From contig JBFMAL010000003.1 of assembly GCA_040755615.1 (NCBI GenBank), forward strand, positions 8,507 through 72,506: a stretch of DNA of 64,000 nt, written 5' to 3'. This DNA comes from Bacillota bacterium (lineage in GTDB: Bacteria; Bacillota; Sulfobacillia; DUSP01; DYEP01). Both the position numbers and the translations under genes were made by a program. Below the pieces are notes generated by a model. That model ran no database searches, was not told the origin of the DNA, and saw only the letters and a program-made list of their open reading frames with translations. Below, one piece after another: positions 38,448 to 48,004 of the stretch (its first letter is position 1; each line of letters starts with the position of its first letter).

Positions 38448-38634
38448 ACTAATCCACCTCAGGTGTATTGTGTGCCAGGGAGGACCGCGCATTCAAAAAG
38501 GCGCACCTGCTAGACAGCCTGAGGCTAAAAGGGGCGGTAATCGAACACTATCTCGCCGGTACCCGGGATCTGGGTCCAAGCATCATGATCCCGGTAATTT
38601 CCCGTCGGAGCCGCCCATCGGCGTGCCGGTCTCT

Positions 38635-38881
38635 TTGAGGTATGATATATGTACCGGGGTAATCAGTGTTAACGAGACGAAAAGCCCCGTCTACATCACG
38701 CAAAACGGAGAGGTGAGAGCGGTGTTGCTGGATCCCGCATCTTTAGAGGATTTGAAAAAAGGTCCTCGGGTTGCTGAAGCTGCTAACCCGGGGAGAACGT
38801 GACATTCCTGAAGGGAAGGTCGTTCCGCAAGAGGACGTTTTCTCCAGCATGGACCGCTATTTTGACAATAGCGATGGGTGA
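38635..38881 (+). pseudogene. Phd/YefM-family antitoxin, frameshifted at an A6 run (38755-38760) and N-terminally shortened
   Basis: Frame A: …ISVNETKSPVYITQNGEVRAVLLDPASLEDLKK…. The +1 frame continues …LLKLLTRGERDIPEGKVVPQEDVFSSMDRYFDNSDG*, the canonical YefM C-terminus; removing one A restores a single ORF. Confidence 0.5.
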
Positions 38882-38890
38882 AGCCGGGTT

Positions 38891-39294
38891 ATGTGGACGC
38901 CGGACAGCTCATGGACCCGGCCCTGCCTCAGCCATCTCAGGCACTTCGGGACGGCGCAGCTCCCACCACAGCATCTCGGCACATCTGTGGGTCCTGGTCA
39001 TACCGATCTTTTGCAGGACCCGGATGGATGCGCCGTTATCCGCGCTACACTCTGCCAGCACCCTCCTTACGGTACCCCGCGAGAACTCCCACTGTAGCAG
39101 CGCGCTGCACGCTTCGGAAGCTATCCCATGTTACAGTAGGCAGGGGTGACGCCATAACCCAGGCTCACTGTAGCATGTGCATCCGGCTTTCCTTTGAAGC
39201 CCAGGTCGCCTATGATCGTATTTGTTCCCGGCAGCACCATGAGCCAGACTCCCCACCCGAGCAGCGAAGGGTCGGCCTCAAGCTGCAGGCGTAA
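38891..39294 (+). pseudogene. Possible YoeB/Txe-like toxin remnant, multiply frameshifted
   Basis: Begins VMWTPDSSW… (compare YoeB MKLIWSEESW…). A second frame carries …GPGWMRRYP… (compare …SGFWSRRI…). No single intact ORF. Confidence 0.2.
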
Positions 39295-39471
39295 AACGGC
39301 AAAACGTCCAGGAGTTCATCAGCAGGCCAGCCCTCGACAGGCTGGAAAGGTAGAATCTTCTGCAGAGCACCTTTACACGTAGCGCGCGCCAGCTAGGCCG
39401 GGCAGGGTACAAGTGTGAGTCTTGGCGTCTGCATGACCATCTACACATGCCTCGTATCGTACGTGGGCAAC

Positions 39472-40563
39472 TCAAATCATGCGTCCTCGCGCCTCGATAC
39501 GAAACACCCCTTCGATCCTGTCCTTCCGGCAGGCATACGCCTGGTCAAACAGGTTCACCACAGTGCAGGCGTGGTTTGGTATGATATCGAGCTTCTGTCC
39601 GGTGCTCACGCGTTCCTCCGGGGGGTAGCACAGCACTCCCAGTTCCTCCGACAACCGCTGGATCACTACCCCGGGCCTATTCCGTACCCGTCCAAAGCCC
39701 ACCACCGCGTCAAGCCCGTGAGCACCAGTGTCCAGGGCCAGCGCCTTGCTTCCTGCATCTATCACAGCTCTTCCGGGTTCAGGAGTGCTGATCACCGTCG
39801 CCCTTACTGTAAGGGCACACCTGTCTTCGGGCACTACCCCCAGCGCAACCTGGATCATGTCGTAAAAGACGTAGTTCCCCGGCCTGATCTCTGTGATTCC
39901 CGGGACCCGCCCGGCCACGCGCGCCGTGGGAGTTGAACCCACTGCCACGACCTCGCAGTCAAAACCCGCGTTCTGCAGGTATTCCTTTGCCCTTATCACT
40001 GCTGCCGCTTCTCCCCTGGCGATCTCATCTCTCTGCTCCCCGTGCTTCGCGGCGTACACGTGCCCCGCGTGGGTGGCGACGCCCTTCAGCCTGAGCCTGG
40101 GAAACTTCGCCACGCAGCGTGCGATCCCCGGCGCGTCTTCCGGTTTCACCCCGAGCCGGCGCAGCCCACTGTCGATAATAATGAGCACGTCCAGTTCCTC
40201 AGGTACCTCCGCCAGCTGGCATACCGCCTCTTCGCTATCAACGCTTACGGTCACACGACTCCTCCCGGCCAGGTCGAGCAGGCGTCTTACCTTCTCCTGA
40301 CCGATCACGGGGTATGCGAGGACCACGTCGTCTACCCCGGAATCCACCATAACCTCCGCCTCGCCTATCTTTGCCGCAAGTATGCCCGCAGCGCCGAATT
40401 CCAGCTGCATCCTAGTGACCTCAGGCATCTTGTGGGTCTTGATCATGGGCCGCAGGCGCACGCATGCTTCACCGGCAAAACGTGCCATCTCCCTGATGTT
40501 TCGCTCGAGCAAGTCAAGGTCTATCACCAGCGCCGGGGTATCCAAATCGTCGATGTGCTTCAT
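39472..40563 (-). CDS. Alanine-racemase-fold PLP enzyme, D-serine dehydratase-like / D-threonine aldolase (DSD1/D-TA) family
   Basis: …MIKTHKMPE… PLP-Lys motif, N-terminal TIM barrel plus a C-terminal beta-domain. Confidence 0.7.
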   Translation of the reverse strand: MKHIDDLDTPALVIDLDLLERNIREMARFAGEACVRLRPMIKTHKMPEVTRMQLEFGAAGILAAKIGEAEVMVDSGVDDVVLAYPVIGQEKVRRLLDLAGRSRVTVSVDSEEAVCQLAEVPEELDVLIIIDSGLRRLGVKPEDAPGIARCVAKFPRLRLKGVATHAGHVYAAKHGEQRDEIARGEAAAVIRAKEYLQNAGFDCEVVAVGSTPTARVAGRVPGITEIRPGNYVFYDMIQVALGVVPEDRCALTVRATVISTPEPGRAVIDAGSKALALDTGAHGLDAVVGFGRVRNRPGVVIQRLSEELGVLCYPPEERVSTGQKLDIIPNHACTVVNLFDQAYACRKDRIEGVFRIEARGRMI

Positions 40564-40603
40564 GGTACCACCTCCGATGTTGTGACGTACACTGCAGATG
40601 GAG

Positions 40604-42415
40604 TCACCTTACGACAAGCAGCGTACCCTGCATCGCGAGCACCCGGTCACCTGGTGTCGCCCGCCATGTTATCTCGCCTTTAGTGATCACGATAGGCGAT
40701 ACTGTAGGTTTTCCCGCCGCCCGGATTTTTCCAATGTCAAATTCAAGGAGCAATTGCCCGGCCTTCACGCGCTGCCCCTGGGTGACGTGGGCACAGAACC
40801 CCTCCCCCGCCATCTCGACCGTATCGATCCCTATGTGTATGAGCATCTCCCTGCCCCTTTTGTCCTTCAGCCCGAGGCCATGTCCTCCTGACACCACGGT
40901 AACCACTTCCGCGTCAAACGGTGCATACACCCTGCCTTCCTCAGGTTCGACAGCGATTCCATCACCGACCATTCGCTCTGCGAAAACTGGGTCACCCACA
41001 TCTGAAAGCCCAACAGCACGTCCGGTAATGGGTGACTTGATCAGAAGCTTACCCAGCATATCTTTAACCTCTTCCTTGATGATCTCCGCGCGGGGACCGA
41101 CGACGACCTGTACCACGCCCGGCGCAGGAAAAGTCACCCCATGTACCGCCGGAACGCGCCGGAGCTCCGATGCCTGTACTAAAGAAGGGTCTTCAACGAG
41201 GATCCTGAGCCTGGTCATGCACGCGTCGACGGATACCACGTTTGACGCTCCGCCCAGCGCGCCGACCATGCCCGGCGCCTCCTGTCCCGGATGCTCCGCC
41301 TGAGACGGCAGAGTCCGTGCGTCTTCCACACGTCCGAGCGTCGGTATATTAAATCTGCGAATGGCCCACCTGAACCCGAAGTAGTAGAGCGGGACCGTGG
41401 CGAGCCCGATGGGCACGATGAGCCAGGGGTTTTCCGCCAGCCCCAGGTTAATGAAGAACATGGGCAGCGCAAACCCGAAGTGCCTGACCCCCAGTGAGTA
41501 CGTGAGCCAGAGAGTGAGCCCGGTATAGACGGAGTGAAACAGAAACAGCGCGGGAGCGACGAACATGAATGCAAACTCCGCCGGTTCGGTGATCCCTGTG
41601 ATAGCAGAGGTCAACGCGGCGGTCACCATGATGCCCGTCACTTTCCTCCGGTTCTCGGGAGATGCCTCGTGCGCGATGGCCATGCTCAGCGCTGGTATAG
41701 CGAAAACGCACGTGACGAAGTACCCGGCGAAGAGGTAACCTGCTGCCGGGTCACCCGCATAAAACCTCGGTGCTTCGCCGAAGACTACCTGACCAGTGAC
41801 TGGGTCCGTGTACGAGCCGGCAACAAACATCACCACGTTGTTGACGATGTGGTGTAACCCTGTGGGGATCAAAAACCTGTTGGTCAGCCCGTAGACAAAG
41901 GCGCCCGGCGCCCCCGCAGTCACTATCCATCTCCCGAGCGATGCGATGGCTTCCTGGACCGGGGACCAGATAATCGCGAGCAGCTGGCCGATGATGAGCC
42001 CGGCGGCCGCCGATATAACAGGGACGAAACGTTTACCCGAGAACAATCCCAGGTATTCGGGCAAGCGCACTGTATGGTAGCGGTTATAAAGAATCACAGA
42101 CACCGCTCCGCAGAGTATCCCGCCGATCACCCCTGTATCCAAGTTTGCTCCGGACGCAGACAGAGTACTTTTCATCACCGCCCAGCAAAGACCCGCCGAC
42201 ATTGCTGCTATGCCGTCCTGCTCGCAGTAGGCAATGGCCACTCCAATAGAAAATATCAGGGGCAAATAATCGATTAGGATCGCCCTCCCCGCGGCCTCCA
42301 CCGCAGACAGACCGAGTTGGGTACCCAGCGCAAAGAATATGGCGCCAACAGGCAGGACAACTACAGGAACCATGAGGGCGGCTGGAAGTCTCTCAAGAAC
42401 TGCCCTGGTCCTCAC
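40604..42415 (-). CDS. PTS glucose/N-acetylglucosamine-family EIICBA component
   Basis: EIIC membrane domain; EIIB …NVVSVDACMTRLRILV… (Cys); EIIA …HIGIDTV… (His). Confidence 0.85.
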   Translation of the reverse strand: MRTRAVLERLPAALMVPVVVLPVGAIFFALGTQLGLSAVEAAGRAILIDYLPLIFSIGVAIAYCEQDGIAAMSAGLCWAVMKSTLSASGANLDTGVIGGILCGAVSVILYNRYHTVRLPEYLGLFSGKRFVPVISAAAGLIIGQLLAIIWSPVQEAIASLGRWIVTAGAPGAFVYGLTNRFLIPTGLHHIVNNVVMFVAGSYTDPVTGQVVFGEAPRFYAGDPAAGYLFAGYFVTCVFAIPALSMAIAHEASPENRRKVTGIMVTAALTSAITGITEPAEFAFMFVAPALFLFHSVYTGLTLWLTYSLGVRHFGFALPMFFINLGLAENPWLIVPIGLATVPLYYFGFRWAIRRFNIPTLGRVEDARTLPSQAEHPGQEAPGMVGALGGASNVVSVDACMTRLRILVEDPSLVQASELRRVPAVHGVTFPAPGVVQVVVGPRAEIIKEEVKDMLGKLLIKSPITGRAVGLSDVGDPVFAERMVGDGIAVEPEEGRVYAPFDAEVVTVVSGGHGLGLKDKRGREMLIHIGIDTVEMAGEGFCAHVTQGQRVKAGQLLLEFDIGKIRAAGKPTVSPIVITKGEITWRATPGDRVLAMQGTLLVVR

Positions 42416-42417
42416 TG

Positions 42418-43263
42418 CTACCCGTCCTTTCTGAATATGGAATAACTCAAGAGCTCAAATCCGGCATCAGCAACCATCTTTCGCACTGTGGGAGAGGTCA
42501 TGGTGGCGAGTTCCACTTCCCTGGACCCTGTGAGAGAACTGATGCTTCTCAGTTCATCATCGGCGAATCCCGGATGACAGACCATCTCGAACACCCCATC
42601 ACCCGTTACGCTTAAGGCTTTCTCCATGCGGCCGGGGTCAAGGGCCACACCGTTTGGGGTCAGGCCTATCAGACGGTGGTTGTAGCCAAGACCAGATCGC
42701 TCGACGAGACGTCTTGCCCGTGAGCAGTAGTGCGAGTACAATAAGACCAGTGTGGGCGAAAGATGTAAAACGTCGGGCCGTATATCCTGGCGAGTGCATG
42801 TCCTCATCGCAGGGATCTTGTACTCCCTGGCCAGGTCGACGGCCACCTCTGTCAATCCGGGAATAAAGTGTACATTATGGTGGCTGTCCAGATGGGTTGG
42901 GGTGATCCCAAACGACAGCGCCTGCTCGATCTGGGCCCTCCACTCATCCCTGACCTGTACCCTGTTGACAGACATCAGTCTCCACATGTTCTTCACAAAC
43001 CGCCCGTCCCTGACGAGCGATGGAACCTTCTCAGGGGGACGGACAGGTTTGCCTGCCGTAAGCACGAGGTGCACCCCGACTGACAACCCGGGGACGTCGC
43101 GGGCCATTGATGCCGCTTCACGCGCGGAGGGCATGTTCGCCATCAGGGTGGTGGATGTGACGATGCCGTTTTTATGGCAGTGTATGATGCCCCGGGATAC
43201 CCCTTCGGCCAAACCGAAGTCATCAGCATTTACTATGAGTACGCGCCGTCGGGTTACGTCCAT
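42418..43263 (-). CDS. ChbG/YdjC-family carbohydrate deacetylase
   Basis: …LIVNADDFGL…, …HLDSHHNVH… metal-binding motifs. Start taken at MDVTRRR (43263) behind AGGGGTGAAAG; the 200-codon N-terminal extension of the ORF is discounted. Confidence 0.7.
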   Translation of the reverse strand: MDVTRRRVLIVNADDFGLAEGVSRGIIHCHKNGIVTSTTLMANMPSAREAASMARDVPGLSVGVHLVLTAGKPVRPPEKVPSLVRDGRFVKNMWRLMSVNRVQVRDEWRAQIEQALSFGITPTHLDSHHNVHFIPGLTEVAVDLAREYKIPAMRTCTRQDIRPDVLHLSPTLVLLYSHYCSRARRLVERSGLGYNHRLIGLTPNGVALDPGRMEKALSVTGDGVFEMVCHPGFADDELRSISSLTGSREVELATMTSPTVRKMVADAGFELLSYSIFRKDG

Positions 43264-43822
43264 TTCTTTCACCCCTTGACAAGTATTCAACAAGAGCCCT
43301 CCCCCACCCTCCATTCCGAACCTATCGAACGGTAAGATATGAACGCCCGGCAGGGGCAGTCGCCGGAAACCTGCCAAATGACGCAAAGCAGCAGTGTTGT
43401 CTTCAGATACGTTCAGGAAGCTGGTTTGTTGACGGTATACTCCGCAGTCCAGAGCCTGATGGAGCTGCCCGGCATCGACAGTGTGCAGGTCCTGATAAGG
43501 GAAAGCGTGAAGAGGCTCCGGGGCTACCTGATCATCAGCGAACCTGTCCGGCAAAAGCCCCGCCATGGTGAAGAGTAAGCGGCGTACGTACAGCGGCGGA
43601 ACTTCCGTGATAGCGCTTTCGTCCACATATACTGTAGATTCGTACTGGAAAGCTGAGTATTGACAACACGACGGAATAGTTGCCACATAATGGTGAAACG
43701 TAAGGCAATAAGAGAAGTGTGCAGAGAATGGTCTTGGGGTCACCAGCGAGTACGGAGTCCGGCTCCACAGGAAGTAACGGATGTCAGGTATTGTGATCTT
43801 TTTTGAACCGGGAGTGATACTT

Positions 43823-45046
43823 GTGAACCGTGCAAAAGCTTTTCGTATCACAGTGACTCTGCTCACCGTAACGCTTTTAATCTCAGGTTTGTTATCAGGG
43901 TGTGGTACGGGAAACCCGCCCCGAACAGAACCCCCGTCGAAGAATGACCCGGCTTCAACCCGGCCCCGTTTTGGAGCTCAGGGGCCAAAGCTACCCTTCA
44001 GGCACGAGGATGGCAAAACCATCCTGGGCCCGTTCTCAAGTTGGGTCAGGGGAATCGACTGGTTCTGGTGCAGAGACGGCCAAACCATACTCCTGACTGT
44101 AGAAAAGGACGGTAGCCTGCAGCTCTGGTTAATCGACGCCGGTTCGGGGGATTCACTCTTGCTCCGTGAGGCCGAAGGCCTGGACGCTATGTTCCCCGTT
44201 GCCTGGTATGGTTCCGGAGCAGTTGTTACCCTGGACCTGCCCAGAGTACCCCAGCACCTGACACGCGTGACTGTCACAGACTTTTCTGGAGAGAAAGTGT
44301 TTTCCCGCACAGCGGGGGAGTATGAAGGGTGGTCTAAGTCGCACGCCGCCACAAGCGACGGCCGACTGTTGAGTGTACACCTGGATACGCCCCAGGGCGG
44401 CAAAATCTGGCAGGTTGACATCTCCGCCGGCACTTCGACAGACCTTCTGCAAGGTTTACCAAGTTGGGATGGGCTCTATCCCGTGTGGTTCTCCCCTGAT
44501 GGAAGGCACGCCGTCATGCCTGAACCGGACAGCGCGGGTCAGATGAGACTGCGCCTGTTGGACCTGGTGAATGGGGACGTAAAAGCGCTCGAACCGGTAC
44601 TCGACTCAGTGGATATTGTGAGGTGGAGCGCTTCTGGTAACGCCTTCGCGTATAAAGTTGCCGACGGTAGCCACCGGACTGACATAAACGGTGAAAGCTG
44701 GTCCATTCTGAGTCCCAGGATCCGGGTAATAAGCGCATCAGGCGAAATCGTCGAGGAACTAGTGTTACCCGACGGGCAGCTGGCCGACAACTTGGCCTGG
44801 CTCGATGAAAAGAGCCTGGTGATCAGCACAAGGACTGCAGCGGAGGAATATGGTCCGACATGGACCGTCACACTCGGGTCGGGATTTAAGAAAGCGACGC
44901 CTGAGCAATCTCGGGTTTTCGAGGAAAGGATATTCCCCTACCCCATGGACAAAGGCACAAGTTCCAGGTACAGTGTGGAGATAAGGTTCTGGCAAGACCC
45001 AGGCAAAGCCCCCACGGAAGAGCTGATTATCACGCCGTTGAAATAG
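43823..45046 (+). CDS. Lipoprotein with a WD40-like / TolB-like beta-propeller
   Basis: Signal peptide plus lipobox …LLSGCGTG…; repeated …FSPDG… / …WSASG… propeller blades. GTG 43823 behind GGGAGTGA. Confidence 0.6.
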   Translation: MNRAKAFRITVTLLTVTLLISGLLSGCGTGNPPRTEPPSKNDPASTRPRFGAQGPKLPFRHEDGKTILGPFSSWVRGIDWFWCRDGQTILLTVEKDGSLQLWLIDAGSGDSLLLREAEGLDAMFPVAWYGSGAVVTLDLPRVPQHLTRVTVTDFSGEKVFSRTAGEYEGWSKSHAATSDGRLLSVHLDTPQGGKIWQVDISAGTSTDLLQGLPSWDGLYPVWFSPDGRHAVMPEPDSAGQMRLRLLDLVNGDVKALEPVLDSVDIVRWSASGNAFAYKVADGSHRTDINGESWSILSPRIRVISASGEIVEELVLPDGQLADNLAWLDEKSLVISTRTAAEEYGPTWTVTLGSGFKKATPEQSRVFEERIFPYPMDKGTSSRYSVEIRFWQDPGKAPTEELIITPLK

Positions 45047-45089
45047 AACCTTCAGATGACCGGGGGGGGGCCGCGGGCTCCCCCTTCAC

Positions 45090-46253
45090 TCACGGAAGGT
45101 CTACCAGACGTACAGCCGGTTCTTCGCCTTTGCACCTGAGGTCGGGGTCTGGTTGGGTCATCCCGAGACCGTAGTACTCGTTCACCGCCAGGCAACCCCC
45201 TCCGCATAACCGGCTTACATCACACGCAGCGCACCTTCCCTCGAGCGAAGCCGAACGCGCGCGCAGGCTCTGCAGCAGCGGGCCGTGCCAGGCATCCGGA
45301 AACTCCGAAACATGTCCGAGGGTCAGACTGACGTGGCTGCACGGGTGGACCATCCCGTCACCATCCACCGTAAGAAGCAGGTCACCCGCGATGCAGCCTG
45401 CCGCACCGAACAAGTCCAGGAGCCTGGAGTCGACGCCAGAACAAAGGAGCAGGGGAGCAAGGGCACAATCCAGGTGAAAGGGCAAATTCCACTCACCGCT
45501 CAGGTTGACCAGCCGGGAGATCAACCCTGCCGCCTGTTCCTGTGTCAGTCTTAGCGACTCGTAGCACCGTCTTCCCCGGCCATCAGGTTTTGGGCGCAGG
45601 ATCAAAATGCTGTCGGCTCCCGCCCTCGCCGTCTCCCGGAATACCGTTTCCAGTTCACCTGTAGTCTGATTGGTAACGATGAAATTGACTCCACACGTTA
45701 CGCCCGCATCACGAAGAATAGCCACAGCGCGGCATGTCAGGAATAGGTCCGCCCTGTCGTCCCGTGGACCGCCCTTCACATCCGCACTCACGTTAACACG
45801 AGCAAACAGGGAAGCAGCTGCCCTCGCCCAGGTTGGCGTCACCAGCGTACCATTAGTTGTGGTTGCCGGAATCAGGCCAGACTCCCTGGCTGCTTCTGCT
45901 GCGCAAAGAAGTCCGGGGTACATTAGAGGCTCACCACCACTAAAAGCCACGTGGAAGATGCCCATGCGCGATGCTATCTCAAGCGTGCTCTGGATCAGGG
46001 ATGATTCAGTGTCTTGACGCCCGCCTCCTGAATCCATGTAACAGCAACTGCAGGCCAGGTCACATCGGCCGGTGACCTGGATCTCCAGTTCGACGGGAGC
46101 GCTCAGGTATCCAGGTCCAGGCTCGGACCAAACCTGACCGCCGTCGTAACCCCGCGTCTTGAGGAAATCCCTGTCCACCCAGAACAGCCCTACCGGATCC
46201 TCGGTGGAGATGATACCTCCGAAATGCTCAAACCTGACCTTCTGTAGCTTCAT
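45090..46253 (-). CDS. Radical SAM / SPASM-domain enzyme (peptide- or protein-modifying maturase type)
   Basis: MKLQKVRFEHFGGII… N-terminus, CDLACSCCY (CxxxCxxC), and a C-terminal cysteine-rich SPASM region (…CAACDVSRLCGGGC…). Confidence 0.75.
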   Translation of the reverse strand: MKLQKVRFEHFGGIISTEDPVGLFWVDRDFLKTRGYDGGQVWSEPGPGYLSAPVELEIQVTGRCDLACSCCYMDSGGGRQDTESSLIQSTLEIASRMGIFHVAFSGGEPLMYPGLLCAAEAARESGLIPATTTNGTLVTPTWARAAASLFARVNVSADVKGGPRDDRADLFLTCRAVAILRDAGVTCGVNFIVTNQTTGELETVFRETARAGADSILILRPKPDGRGRRCYESLRLTQEQAAGLISRLVNLSGEWNLPFHLDCALAPLLLCSGVDSRLLDLFGAAGCIAGDLLLTVDGDGMVHPCSHVSLTLGHVSEFPDAWHGPLLQSLRARSASLEGRCAACDVSRLCGGGCLAVNEYYGLGMTQPDPDLRCKGEEPAVRLVDLP

Positions 46254-46815
46254 CAGTGCCACCACGCTGCCGTGACATTCTCCACATTCCCCAGGCGGAG
46301 ACCAGGGTGGGTGCCCCCCAACCCCAAACAGGGAAGAACAAACCAACAGGGTTATAGGTGCCGGTGGAGATGGGTGGGATCGGGAAAAGCAGAATCATTC
46401 CCCCAATCAAGAACACCACGGCGGCCCGAAGCGCCGCGTTCGCACCTGAGCCCGGCCATCCCAGCCTCAATGCGACGCCCGACAACCCGAGGGCCAGTGG
46501 GGCGAAATAGACACCAAGCCCTGCCAGGAGAGTTTGAAAGCTCCATGCCGGTCGGAATAGCAGCGCAGCAGCAATGACCACAAATAGGGCGGCCTTTGCT
46601 CCATATGCAGTTACCTTCACCAGTGCGGAATGCTTTGAGTTCTGGTACACGAGGGGACTCAACAGCAATACGCTGACGGCGGTCATCACGATGAACAGGA
46701 CCCAGGCCTCTTTCTCGCTATTTGGTACGATCAGGCTGAGAAAGATTGCCCACGCGCCTGAGAAGCCCGCCCAGCTCAACCCCCACACAGCAGCTGTAAG
46801 CAGGCGGTTCATCGC
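46228..46815 (-). CDS. Integral membrane protein of unknown function (about 5 TM)
   Basis: Hydrophobic-helix periodicity; start at MNRLLTAAVWG. Overlaps the radical SAM gene by about 25 nt. Confidence 0.45.
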   Translation of the reverse strand, partial: AMNRLLTAAVWGLSWAGFSGAWAIFLSLIVPNSEKEAWVLFIVMTAVSVLLLSPLVYQNSKHSALVKVTAYGAKAALFVVIAAALLFRPAWSFQTLLAGLGVYFAPLALGLSGVALRLGWPGSGANAALRAAVVFLIGGMILLFPIPPISTGTYNPVGLFFPVWGWGAPTLVSAWGMWRMSRQRGGTDEATEGQV

Positions 46816-47084
46816 TTCATACCTCCCCTCTCCTCTTTCAGCGCCCGGTTGAGCCAGGTTTCGATTGCCCCGGCCAGCAACGCCCCCGCTACAGAAAGCG
46901 GAAGGAAGAACATGGCTCCCCACAGAATGCCGTGACCACTGGAATTGGGGTTTATCCCCAGACGCGCCCGCAGCACCCTGCCCCGTCCTATCGACGCGTC
47001 CTCATGTTCACCTGGTACCCCGTCAACGCAGTCTGGGCGCATTTCACCTGTGCCTCCCCCAACAAGGATCCTTCCGATAAACAT
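46809..47084 (-). CDS. Small hypothetical protein with a C-terminal TM helix (start uncertain)
   Basis: 91-codon ORF ending …MFFLPLSVAGALLAGAIETWLNRALKEERGGMKR; translationally coupled to the downstream membrane protein. Confidence 0.3.
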   Translation of the reverse strand: MFIGRILVGGGTGEMRPDCVDGVPGEHEDASIGRGRVLRARLGINPNSSGHGILWGAMFFLPLSVAGALLAGAIETWLNRALKEERGGMKR

Positions 47085-47130
47085 ATTCTCTCACCCATAC
47101 AGGATCTCCTTTGAAAGCTTAAAACCCGTC

Positions 47131-47724
47131 TCACGCCTGCGCAGCTGGCCTCGTGCATTCCTTGCCTGCAAGGGCGTCTAAAGTGGAGAGGATGCGGGGT
47201 CCTGTCTCAATCGCCCAGCCCGCCACCTTCGCGTCAACTTCAGCACCCCGGGCAGCGCGCCTGCATAGTACCAACAGCTGCTGTAGGCCTTCAGCCGCCG
47301 TATGTGACAGGACGCCGCGGTCCCTCAACCGTCGTACTGTATCAGGCAGCGGTATTCGCTCGGGAATACTGTGTTGGGTAGCGAGGGCTCTGAGCCGTTT
47401 TTCCATTTCGATCCTCAAGGCCAACAACGTCAGCGGGGGATCATCTGTAAAGATTTGCAGGTAAGACCCATCAAAGGTCCCAATGCCCTGGTCCTGCACC
47501 AGGCCGGTGACCTTCTCACCGGCGCTAGACACTTCGTGAAACTCTACCTTCCATCCGCCCGGGATCTCCACGCTCTTGATCATCGGCAACAACCAGGGCA
47601 GGGCACCGACCAGTAAGAGAGCTATCGTCACCGAGTCGATGTTCAGCTCAGGCCACGCTATCCGTATGATCGCGAGCAGTATGGCACTGGAAGACATGCA
47701 TATTCCAACGAACCGGTTTTCCAT
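47131..47724 (-). CDS. Hypothetical membrane-anchored protein
   Basis: Two N-terminal TM helices then a soluble domain; no recognisable motif. Confidence 0.4.
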   Translation of the reverse strand: MENRFVGICMSSSAILLAIIRIAWPELNIDSVTIALLLVGALPWLLPMIKSVEIPGGWKVEFHEVSSAGEKVTGLVQDQGIGTFDGSYLQIFTDDPPLTLLALRIEMEKRLRALATQHSIPERIPLPDTVRRLRDRGVLSHTAAEGLQQLLVLCRRAARGAEVDAKVAGWAIETGPRILSTLDALAGKECTRPAAQA

Positions 47725-48004
47725 GGACAGTCCCCGCCTCTCGTAGCAAGATGAAGTGGGGAAACCGCGAAGTCACAAACGAGACCTGTAAACATGGTGG
47801 GGAAGGAACGCTTAACCTCTTGTGGTGGCATGCAGGCGCCTGAAGAAGCCACCCCCTTACTAAATGTACTGCCGGGAGAACCCAAACGTGCCTATCTTGT
47901 TCACGTGTATTTCATTTCAGCGTTTGAATGGAAGTCGCTATGCGTACTCCACTCTCCAGTCTGCGCGATCCGGACGTTCCGGAGTAATAATCCAGCCGTC
48001 GCCG

